Positions 51,331-62,600 of a stretch of 64,000 nucleotides of DNA are shown here, in pieces. A program made the position numbers and the translations under genes. Source of the stretch: Nageia nagi (lineage: Eukaryota > Plantae > Pinophyta); NCBI GenBank assembly GCA_050084985.1, contig JBITNC010000001.1, forward strand, positions 114,886,001 through 114,950,000, in the 5' to 3' direction. Numbering within the stretch: the stretch's first letter is position 1; every line of letters starts with the position of its first letter. Below the pieces are notes generated by a model. It was not told the origin of the DNA and did not search any database. It saw only the letters and a program-made list of their open reading frames with translations.

Positions 51331-53721
51331 TAAAAATAATAAAATTAATGGGGGGTCATTAATATAAAACGTATTAATCATGTTTAAATATTGGGGGTCA
51401 AATTAAAGTTTTTAAAATGTTGAAATTTACATTTGGGGGTAAAACAAATAAAAAAAAACAAATCGCGCGCCTCTGGTGGCGACCACCACCACTCGCGCTC
51501 CTCCCACGCACGCGGCTCACCACCGCCTCCTCCTCCTTACCCACCGACGGAGAACCAGCCACTGTTTGTCATGACGTCGGATGCAGCCACGCATTCCATG
51601 CACTGGGAAGCCACGCCAGGCTGCGAAATTGGTTTGAAGCTGTGGAGGGCAGTCATGGCAGGCCACCCTATTACTGTACAGGCTCCCAACGATGTCTGCA
51701 AGCGATTCAGTACACACGACCTCTTTCACAAAATGCGCGCTGACACTTCACATTGAAACAATATTTCATGGACTACAATACTGCGACCTCTCCTCCTCTC
51801 CTCTGCAGGCGGGAAGGTACGCACGCTGTTTGACGACATGCACCAAATGGATACGTTGCACAGCTTTGCTTCTGGACTACCCTCTTCCCTGGCTCTGCTC
51901 ACCTGTCTTTTATTTCCATGATGCAACCAGAGTCTCTGGCCTTCACGATCGTAGGCTACAGCTCGTTTCATGGCCTCCCACGCCTGCTACAGATCGAGTC
52001 CTTCAGGTCCACGTGATGCATGGTGCAGACACAGTTCCTGATAACCTCTACGTTTTATGGCTGCCATGATCGCAGGATGTGCCACCCACGCCTCTCCCTC
52101 GCCACCATGCAAATTGTTTACCAAGTCTCTGCATAAAACGTAGAGCTGCTTCAATTTTTTAACGTGCCCCTCCTCCCTCACCGCCCTGACGTCGCACCTT
52201 CGGTGGTCAACCGCCGCCCCACGCGCTTCACGTGACCTCCACCCCCCTCCGCGGCCTCCTTGTCGCCTTGTACTCCTTTTGCAGTCCAGTCTCTCCCACT
52301 CCACGTGACTCACCACCCTGAGGCTTACACTTGGCCCCTTCCCATTTTTTTGTCAACTTTAGTTGTTGAGCCTTAATTTTTTACCCACTACATATTTGAT
52401 TTGATTTTTTTAAAAAAAAGAGGGGGAGTCATATTTTAACACTACAAAGCATTTAATGATTATTAACTTAGGCATTTTTTTAGTCCATAAGGTAGACAAA
52501 GCATTACAAAGCATTTAAAATAGGGGTATGGGTCTCCTATTCCAACTTGCAAGTTCTCTAAAAATCCTCTACTCCCATTAAATGCATTTAGGAGTACTTA
52601 AACTATTTCTAATATTCTACTCCACATTGCATGTTTAATTTAAGTGCATATGCCATCTCTAAGCATAGTTAAAAGGGATAAAACTTTAAGTAACAAGGGG
52701 GGGCCTTGGTATAATTTTTTTTACTTAAATTTTATCTAGATGTTGCATATGATGCATGTATCTTATTTGAAGAATAAAACATGCTTAGGACTTAAATTTT
52801 TAATCATGCATGAATGCATGCTATACTTAAATTTTTAAGTCATGATACAATGCATGTTTATGAATACTAAGTAGCTTAGGACTTAATTTTTAATGCATGA
52901 TGCATGCTTACTTAAATTTTTAAGTCGTGATATACTAAGTAGGACTAGTTCTTTGTTTAAATCATTAAGTGCTTGAATAAATTGAGAAAAATATGAACAA
53001 TGTAAAAGTCCTTTAGGGGTTAGAACAAAACCCTTGGACTCAATTTTTGGCCTCTTAAGGTTTCAAGTTTGTGTGGATGGAGTATTTTTCACTTTACTTT
53101 ATATTTTTGCACATTTGCTTATACTTGCAATACGCAAAATTTGAAAAGTAACCCCTAAAATGAATACATCCGCACGTATTTTCCACAACATGACTTGTTT
53201 GGGGAGCCATGAGGTGAGGACAGGGCAGACTGGAGCCCTTTTAGTCTGAAGAACCAAGTGGTGGTAAGTCCGTCTTAATTGCCCCTAAGACCTCTGTTGG
53301 ATTGGACATAACTCTATTAGGTGGACATGCATGTGTGTAGTGATACCACATGTCCGCACGTCCATTCAGGGATTATCCTGATAACCTAGGAGGAAAACTA
53401 AAACCCTTAATCAAGATAATTAAAATGGTCGGTCCAAGATACGTCGGATCCTTGGAAAATAGTAGGTACTTCTCCTTGTGAGAGTATATCACTGACCAAG
53501 GTGAACTGGTTGAGGACTGGTAGTACCTGGGCTCCACCTTGCGGGCATCCAGGTGAAGGCCTAATTCTATACAAGAAAACAACCCCAACTTTATCCTTCT
53601 ATGGCTCGTGGTTAATGAGTTTACACATGTGGACATGTTTGCTTATTATATGTTTTATATGTATAGATGAAAATTGTAAAAGTTTACATTCTTATTGCAT
53701 ATTCATTTGTTTTTTGTAGCA

Positions 53722-56700
53722 ATGGTTGAAACCTTCGTTCCCAAGCACATACTCGATGGTTCCAACTTTGGAATATGGGAACCACATATGAAAGCCGAGT
53801 TACAAGCAAGAAAGCTATGGCAGACAGTTAGTGAAGATGCGGTTGCTCCTACCGATGAGAAGGCTCTTGAAGTATACAACTCAAAGAATGAGTTAGCAAC
53901 TTCTATGATTTACCGTGCAGTTTCAGATGATGTTCTTCTCATGATTTCTTCATCAACTTCAGCAAAGGAAGCTTGGGATAGGTTAAAGAAAATTTACCTT
54001 GGGTCCAAATTTTCAAGGAGGTTTACCATTCTACAAAAGTAGTTGCAGTATCGACAAAGTGAAGATGAAAGTGCCTCCATCTACTTAAACAAAATCATTG
54101 ACCTCAGGACACAACTGGTTGGTTGTGGGTGCAACTGGATCAATGATGAGTTCATGGTCTTCATCATTCTACAAAGCCTTACTACAAAGTTCAGCAACTT
54201 TATCATAGTTATGGAAACAAGGCTCGATGATGAAGAAGATGTCATCTCACTTGATAACCTTTCAAGACTTCTTCTAAAGCATGAGGAAACTTTGAACAAG
54301 AAAATGTTGAACCTTTCTCCAAAGGACCATAGCATTGCTCTAGGAGCAACCAAAACTCCTTTTAAGAAAAAGTTCAAACATTACAAATTCAAAGACAACA
54401 AGTCCTCATCTACCTTCAGGAAGTATGATAAAAAGGGCAACAACAACAACAATCATGGCAACTACAGGCACAGGAATGATAAAGCAGGATCAAGCAATCC
54501 AACACCTCAAGAAAAGTTTGATGGGAATTGTAACTTCTGTGGCATCTTTGGGCACAAAGAGTATGATTGTCACAAAAAGAAATTTGCTCAAAAAGGAAAG
54601 GGAAATGCAAATATGAGAAATTTCAATAATAAAAAGAAGAACAAGCATGCTGCTTCTGTTGCCTACTACTCAATGACTCAAACTATTTCAAATGATTGGA
54701 TTGTTGATACAGGATGCACTAATCACATGTGTTATGAAAAAGATAAGTTTGAAAACTTTCATAAATACAAAAAGGATGCAGTTGTGATAGGTGATAATAC
54801 AGTCCTTGATGTTCACGGAATAGGAAGTGTGAAGATTCATGGAAAGACTCTTGATAATGTCTTTTATGTGCCTAAACTAAGGATGAATCTCATCTCCATG
54901 ATTCAAATTACAAGGAAAGGATGCTCATTTGAGTTTACCTCACACTCTTGGTGTGTTAAGAAAGGACTTGCCACTTTGATGAAAGGATCAGTAAAGAATG
55001 ACCTTTATATTGTGGATCAAGTACCTTCAAAGATTTGTCTTGCTATAAATGTTTGTTCAAAAGGTAATCTTTGGCATCAACGATTAGGACACCTTAACCA
55101 CAAGAGTATTCAAGCCATGAAAACTTAAGAACTTGTGGAAGGTTTACCTAATATTTCACCCACAGTTGGTCTTTGTGAAAAGTGCATTCTAGGAAAGATG
55201 CATAGGCAAAAGTTTGAAAAAGATAAGGCAACTCGGGCTACTTGTCCTCTTCAACTTGTGCATTCAGATTTGATGGGTCCTTTTCAGACTAAGTCACTAG
55301 GTGGAGCTTCTTATGTTCTGACCTTCATTGATGACTTCAGTAGGATAACATTTGGTTATCTACTTGAGCACAAGGATCAAACTTTTGACAGGTTTCAAGA
55401 CTTCAAGGCACTTGTTGAAAATCAAACTGATTTTAAGATCAAAATGCTGAGATCTGACAATGGGGGTGAATATAATAGCAATGAGTTTAACGACTTTTGT
55501 GTTAAACACGGGATTAAGCGACAATTCACAATCCCATACACCCTCAGCAAAATGGAGTTGCTGAAAGGAAGAATCGCACCATTATGGAAATGGCAAGATG
55601 CATGTTGGGTAACCTTCCTAGTTTCTTATGGGGCGAAGCTGTTCACACTGCTATTCACACCCTAAATAGGTGTCCTACTAAGGTAGTTGAAGGTAAAACT
55701 CCATATGAAGCATGGACAGGAAAGAAACCTAACCTCTCCACACTTCAGGGTCTTCGGTTGTGATGCATTTGCCTTCATTACCTCGGAGAAAAGAAAGAAG
55801 CTAGATAAACGATCAGAAAAATGCATCTTTGTGGGGTATGATAATCAGCATAGAGGTTACAGACTCTACTCTTCATCCCATAAAATAGTCTTTGTGTCTA
55901 GGGATGTTAAGTTCAATGAACTTTCTGAGGATACGACCTCTCATGCTGAAGTGTCTGATACAGATGATTCTTCGCCTGCACCTAACTGGTTGGATGAGCA
56001 TGTAGAAAAGTCACCACAAGAGCAAAATTCTCCAGCACAGAGAATTACAAGAAGTATGACCTTGAATAAATCCTTATTTGCTAAAATTGATAATATGCAT
56101 GAGCCATCAACCTTCAAAGAAGCTTCCAAGCAAGAGTGTTGGATGGAAGCTATGAAAGTTGAGTATGAGGCTCTCATGAAAAATGAAACTTGGGATTTGG
56201 TTCCTTATCCCAATGAGAAAAATGTGATTGGCAATAAATGGATATACAAGGTCAAGTACAATTCTGATGGAAAAATTGAAAAATACAAGGCAAGGTTAGT
56301 AGCCAAAGGATTCGCTCAGAAATATGGGATTGATTATGAGGAAACCTTTGCTCCTGTAGCCAAGATGCCTACTGTCAGAATAATTCTTGCTCTTTCTGCA
56401 GCTCAAGGATGGAAAGCTTTTCAACTTGATGTCAAAAGTGCATTTCTCAATGGTGACTTGGATGTTGAAATCTACATGAATCAACCAGAAGGATTTATTC
56501 CAGAAGGAAAAGAGTCTCTTGTGTGTAAACTAAAGAAGTCTTTGTATGGACTTAAGCAAGCACCTAAAGCATGGTACAAGAAAATTTCAGGATTCTTTGC
56601 AGATATTGGTTTTTCCAAGTGCTTCTCAGATTCAGATCTATATGTACTCAATCAAGGACAAGACGTGGTCATAATTCTCCTTTATGTGGATGATCTTCTC

Positions 56701-57647
56701 ATAACCGGCAATAATATTGAAATCATCCAAGAGTGCATCTCCAAACTCAAGGCAACATTTGAAATGACTGATCTAGGTCTATTGCATTACTATCTTGGGA
56801 TGCAAGTATACCAACACAAAGATTGTACTTATCTTAGTCAATCTAAGTATATATCAGACATCTTGCAAAAGTTTGGAATGGAAGAGTGTAAATATGCTGC
56901 ACTACCTGTTTCTCCTGGAATCGTTGTATCACTGAGCTCAGATTCTCAGTTGGCTGATGCTACAGCTTATAGACAATTGATTGGTAGTCTTCTGTATCTG
57001 ACTATCTCTCGTCCTGATATTACCTTTGCAGTGAATCTGATGGCACGATTCATGCAAAAACCATATGTTGAACACCTCAATGCTGTTAAGCAAATCTTGA
57101 GTATGTCGTAGGGACAAAGGATCTTGCTCTTAAGTATTCCAAAGTGCCCTCAATTGTTCTCTCTGGGTTCTCAGATTCTGATTATGGGGGAGATAGAGAT
57201 GATAGAAAATCAACCTCTGCATATGTGTTTAGCATTGGTTCAGGTGCTATCTCTTGGGCTTCCAAGAAGCAACCTACTGTGACTCTTTCTACCACCGAAG
57301 CCGAATATCGAGCCATGTCTGTTGCCGCCCAAGAAGCTATTTGGCTAAGATATCTCCTGAACAAAATTGGGTATAAGCAAAATGGCCCCTCTCTTATTTC
57401 GTCAGATAATCAATCGGCTATCTCTTTGGCTAAGAATCCTGTGTTCCATCAGCGAACCAAACATGTAGAAATCCAAGCTCATTTTATCAGGGAGAAGGTT
57501 CTAGATGACATCATACACTTGCAGTATTGTCCATCTCCTGACAACTCCGCTGATTTGTTCACCAAGCCCCTTCCTGAAGCTCAGTTCTGCAAGCTAAGGG
57601 ATTCTCTCGGGTTGGTGAAGTTGCCCTCAAGGGGGAGTGAAGTTTAA
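53722..57647 (+). pseudogene. Copia gag-pol polyprotein, disrupted (2 stops, 3 frameshifts)
   Basis: Zinc knuckle CNFCGIFGHKEYDC, protease WIVDTGCTNH, integrase VHSDLMGP/RSDNGGEY, RT LYVDDLL, RNase H SDSDYGGD...TKHVE. Stops at 54040 and 55126; shifts at ~55545, ~55740 and ~57100. Confidence 0.95.
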
Positions 57648-57714
57648 ACTTTTGTTAGTGATGACAACTTCACCTCTTAACCTCTTAGAGGCCTTTTTTG
57701 ATTGTACATTCTAG

Positions 57715-58067
57715 ACCTCCGTGGTAAGTTTGCTCTGCGTGACAAACTTGGTGTACAATTGTTGTTATAGAGTGTTGATTATTTTATACCTCAGTGGTAA
57801 GTTTGCTCTGCGTGACAAACTTGGTGTAAAATTGTTGTTATAGAGTGTTGATTATTTTATACCTCAGTGGTAAGTTTGCTCTACGTGACAAACTTGTTGT
57901 ACATTTTATACCTCCATGGTGAGTTTGCTCTGCATGAGAAACTTATTGTACAAATTTTGAGCATGTAATTAATATACCTCCGTGGTAAGTTCGCTCTGCG
58001 TGACGAACTTGTTGTACATTCTATACCTCCGTGGTGAGTTTGCTCTGCATGAGAAACTCGTTGTACA
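57715..58067 (+). repeat. Array of six ~43-nt hairpin repeats in the copia 3' UTR
   Basis: Consensus ACCTCCGTGGTRAGTTYGCTCTGCRTGASRAACTY..TGTACA at 57715, 57788, 57861, 57910, 57976 and 58025. Confidence 0.92.
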
Positions 58068-58545
58068 ATTTTATGCTCTATTTTAAAATCAACACATGTC
58101 TATATACAACAGGTGACTATGAGTGATGGCTTGGCATCTCCGTGATGGCTTATAGTGCACCATTGATCAGTTATTTATAAGATGGCATTATTTAATTCTC
58201 TTATTTGAATATATGATGCATCTAACTGATTTTGTTCATGAGTTGCTTGTAACATGCAGGATCTTCTTTAGAAATGCAGGTTACTCACCTTGTGAAAGCA
58301 AGCTCATGGAGACTCACATGTCAGCTTAAAGTTGATCGACTACTATGTACAGTGAAACCAGTTGTGGTTAATGATTGTATTGTAAACCATTTTTTGTCAA
58401 ATGGTAATGTAGTGAGTCTCATACTAGTTCTCAAAAAGATTCTCAAAATATGTAAATGTTCTCATCTCCACTTGTATCTCTATGGAGGAGAACTCTCTCT
58501 TACTCTCTCTCTTCTCTCTTCTACGCTCTATCCCAATATTGCATT

Positions 58546-58554
58546 AAGGGGGAG
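58546..58554 (+). promoter_or_regulatory. Polypurine tract
   Basis: AAGGGGGAG immediately before the TG of the 3' LTR. Confidence 0.9.
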
Positions 58555-59043
58555 TGTTAGAATTTGTAATGAAATATTGTGAATATCTAAACTCCTTGTA
58601 AATTCAATTAATCACTTAAAGGTATGTAGATACCTTAAGAGATTAATAGAATTCTTTAATATGTATACTTTGACTTTACCAAAGTGGTTAGTTGGTAGGT
58701 TGAAGTTTGGTGGTACATTTAATGTAACCCTAACCTTACCCTTGGGTTAAAGGAAGGTTAGGGAGGTGCTCTCAAACTATAAATAGAGGGCCTCTCCTCT
58801 TGTAAACATATCTAAGTTTTGAGTAAGATTACTCTACTTGGTTGTATAGGAGAGAGCTAGAGAATAGTTGTAAGAGAGACATAGATTTGAGAATAAGAGA
58901 ACTAGTTGTGGATGTACTCCCAAGGAGGGAGGAACCACATTATATTGATGTGTTATCTTGAGTGATTGTCTTATCTTGTGTACATTTGAGTTTCCTAGTT
59001 TAAGGTCCTAAAGGATTTGTTTATATCTAGTTCAAATCCTTCA
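58555..59043 (+). repeat. 3' LTR of copia element
   Basis: Direct repeat of 50059-50547. Confidence 0.97.
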
Positions 59044-59214
59044 CCAAACCCCCAGGACCACCTTTAACACTAATAATTATGAAACTTGGTACATAAGACT
59101 TTTATTATTAAACTTAAATGAATTTATGCAATCCATAAGAAAAGGTTAAGAATATGTGTATATATGTTTAATGATTATTTATGATGATATATCTTATCTA
59201 GATTAGAAAGCATG

Positions 59215-59689
59215 TGTTGGAATGTATAATGCATTATTGTAAAGGTTTTGTAATAATCTTCCATGTAAGTTCACTAATACTTAAGGGTATCATTTGATAC
59301 CTTAAGTATTTGAGTGAATATGATAATGTAACTTGTCCTACACTCCATGTCATGAGCATTCCCCTTGGGTAAAAGGATGTGCATTTCATGCTTTTGTACA
59401 TCAGGTAAAAGGGTGTTCCAAAGAGGGATTTTGGCCTATAAATAGAAGGCTCCCTCTGTGTGATCATACACCAATTTGTGGAGTAAAGATATGCTGAAGA
59501 ATAAATTTTAAGAGATGAGAATAGTGAAATAGTGAGATCTAGTTAGTGGATGTACTCCTAGTTGGAGGAACCACTTATATCTTATGTTATTATTGTGAGA
59601 TTGCTTGCTGAGTTTGTTAGATGTGATCTATAAGCTTATATGTGATCTTGTGAGTTTAGAGTTGTTTAGTTTATAGTTCAACTCTCACA
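59215..59689 (+). mobile_element. Solo LTR of a related copia family
   Basis: TGTTGG...CTCACA, 475 bp, TSD GCATG/GCATT. Shares CTATAAATAGA.GGC and GTGGATGTACTCC..GGAGGAACCAC blocks with the neighbouring LTR. Confidence 0.8.
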
Positions 59690-62600
59690 GCATTGACCTT
59701 GTGAATATACTATTTTATATTACGTATTGATTTTGTTACATTTTGAAATTAAACAAGCATATACTATTACATTTTGGTAAGTGTTTTTGTTAAGATTAAA
59801 CAAGAATGTTCATGATTGTAATATCCAAACATTTTACTTAATCATTATGGTCAAATCAAAATGTTATTTATTTTCTTATGTTACTTACTAAGGTGTTATA
59901 CATAATAAAAAAATATAATTTGTTTATTTCAAACATAAAGTAGTGGTTGATAAAAGCAATGGTAGGAATGAAGATGATGTAGATGATGGATATTCAAATC
60001 TTGGTGGTTGGATCAATGTGGTATCATAGTGCTCCATTATAGTTGTGTTTATGTGGTTAGGCCCAACCATTATAGATAAATTCCATTTTATACATAACTT
60101 AGTGAATCCCTCTATGATTTTAGCTAAGAATATCATTATTAGTGAAGAACACAAAATTGGAGTGTTGTAGATTCATCCAATGAATGGGATTGAATACAAT
60201 TTTGATCATGAAGGGAATATTTTTACAAGACTGGAGCACAAGTATGTCTTTGGAATATGATTGACCAATGTTATGGTAGCAGATGGAAAGGTTGAAGAGC
60301 TTCAAAATTAAGGATACTAAGCATAATCACTACTAATTTTTGAAGGACCAATATTGAGGGACATGAGTGCAATGGTTGATCTAGGTCTCTAATCTTACAC
60401 TAAAGCTTTAGCTTTATTGTTGAAAGATCCATGATCCTTAAGGAGGATCTAGATCTAACTAAGATGGATGTCAAGAAAGGTTGTTATGAGTTTTTAATAG
60501 TTTTCTGTTACTAAGATCTCCTTTTAGTTTTTAGATAGATGATAGTATGTATATTTTTGGGTCTACATCAACCCAATTGTATATGATCTTGATTTTGCAT
60601 GTTGAAGGACAAAAAGGAGACACCTTTATCTTCATATGAGGGTGACTTTTAGTGAGTATCATGAAATGGTAGGTGATGTTTGTAGATCTATGCACTATTG
60701 GTAGGAGATACGAATCTAGAGAGGATTTAAATGTATAATAAATAATCATAGTTCTACAAGATTTAGAATCTCTTAGCCCAATGAATTTTGGGGGAGATGA
60801 GATTTTGATTAATGGATGTATGACTTGGTCCAATGTCTTACTATAAGAGTTTGGAAAGATGGGTTTTTATCTTTGAATCGTATGTGTTCTAAATTGGATA
60901 TGTTACTTTAATATCATAAATATTTATTTTGAGGTTTTTTTGAATTACTTAGATAAATGAAGGTTGGAATGGGTCTAATTAACTAAGATCTAGACCCATA
61001 ATCAAATAAAAGGGTTAGTGTGATGACCCTTCCTTAAGCATATTCTGACAATCAATTTTTATTGTTGATGAGTTTGTTATGTTGTGAACATGTTTAATTG
61101 AACAATTGATTGCATTTGTGTGTGTGTATACACGAAATTTGATACTACATAAAATTCTGAGTTATGCAGGATGAGGTACTCTATGCGGGTCACTAGATTA
61201 GATGCAACAAAGATGATGGCGATGCTTGATAGCCGACAAGGGAAGTTTTTGCATTTAGGTATTTGTATGTTTGTTGAAACGAATTAGGATCTTATCATGA
61301 GGGTAAATTACGAGCTTTATACCCGTGTGTACTTGCATGCTATTTGATTGATTATTTGTTGGTATTTTATTTATGGAGTAAGGAAGGTTTTTGACCAAGC
61401 TTCGAAGTAAACTTGAAAAGAAAAGAAAAATAAAATACAGATATTAGACAAATAATCAAATAAATAAATATTAATAAAAGATCTATATTTATTAAATAAA
61501 AGGTATCTATATTTTATTTATTAAGTTAATAATATTTTTAAAAAGAAAATATGTATAATTAAAATATACATGTGTTAACTATCAGGTTTTGGTAAATTAG
61601 TGTTGCAATCATGGAATAACTTCTAGGAAGTTTTAGAGTAACCTCTCATGGTAGTTCTTATAACTCCCTTTCACTCTCACCTTCTCTCCATAAATGTAAT
61701 TCCATTGTGTTGAATGGGGTTATTGGATGAAGGTGGAAGAATACTGAAGGAGAAGAGTTTGGAAGAAATTTATTTTTGGCTATCAAATGCTCTTATTTGG
61801 AATCATGTACTTTATTTTTTATCAATGGATTAATTTATGTATGCACAATAATTGTTTGAATGATTTATGAGTATTTATTAAGAATTTGGACTTTGTGTTT
61901 ATATTGGACTTGTACTCTATTTTTTCATATATAATTTGAAGAAATAGATTTTATAAATTCCCCTGATTATTCCTTGCCTATTGATAAACCAAAGATGCTA
62001 CCTACCTTTCAACTACCATTGAGACATAAATGAATACAAATATAAATGAATGAGACTTTGAAAGTATGGCCATACACCATCCACCCATTCACCAAAACTC
62101 TTGGGTAGTATTGGAAAGAGAAAATAAAACCTATGTTGTATTTAAGAGATCTCAAGAAAAGATGCTATATGGAAAGAGATCTAATTCTTTGAAAATCAAC
62201 TTGAATAATGAAAAATCAAACCGATGCAATTTTATATTAATAAACCCCTTCTTATTTTTATTTAATAAAGTAAATACCACAAAACATTGGGGGATGCATG
62301 ATAAGTTGGGCACAACCATATCACCCCTACATGGTATGTTGTGTGGTAGGTTGTGCGTAGCCTCACCACCCTCACTTTAGAGTAAAACTCCCATGTGAGG
62401 TGGCATCAAACCACTCACTTAAATGAAATTTAAATATTTTATTTTCAAAGAAAATACTTTAATTATTTATTATATTTTATGGTATGAATTATTTTAATAT
62501 TTATTATTTAGGAAATTAAATAATTAATTTATTAAATAAATAAGATTATTTTAAATTAATTTTCTTTAATTTAATTTTAATGCCATTATCTATTATTTAA

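Larger units (their letters stand above)
50059..59043 (+). mobile_element. Structurally complete Ty1/copia LTR retrotransposon, 8985 bp, CCAAA TSD
   Basis: 489-bp TG..CA LTRs with 4 mismatches, TSD at 50054-50058 and 59044-59048, PBS, PPT, and gag-PR-IN-RT-RH order. Confidence 0.97.

Noticed and set aside
51417-52316. Overlapping GC-rich ORFs as functional genes
   Set aside because: Open frames on both strands are expected from high GC content, and the PPR-like signal hops frames.
57925-58060. Hammerhead ribozyme core (CTGCATGAGAAAC resembles CUGAUGA..GAAAC)
   Set aside because: Extra base in the core and no stem II between the motifs; four of the six copies lack GAAA.
57715-58067. CRISPR array
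   Set aside because: Eukaryotic retrotransposon context, no cas genes, and the linkers are repeated or very short rather than unique spacers.
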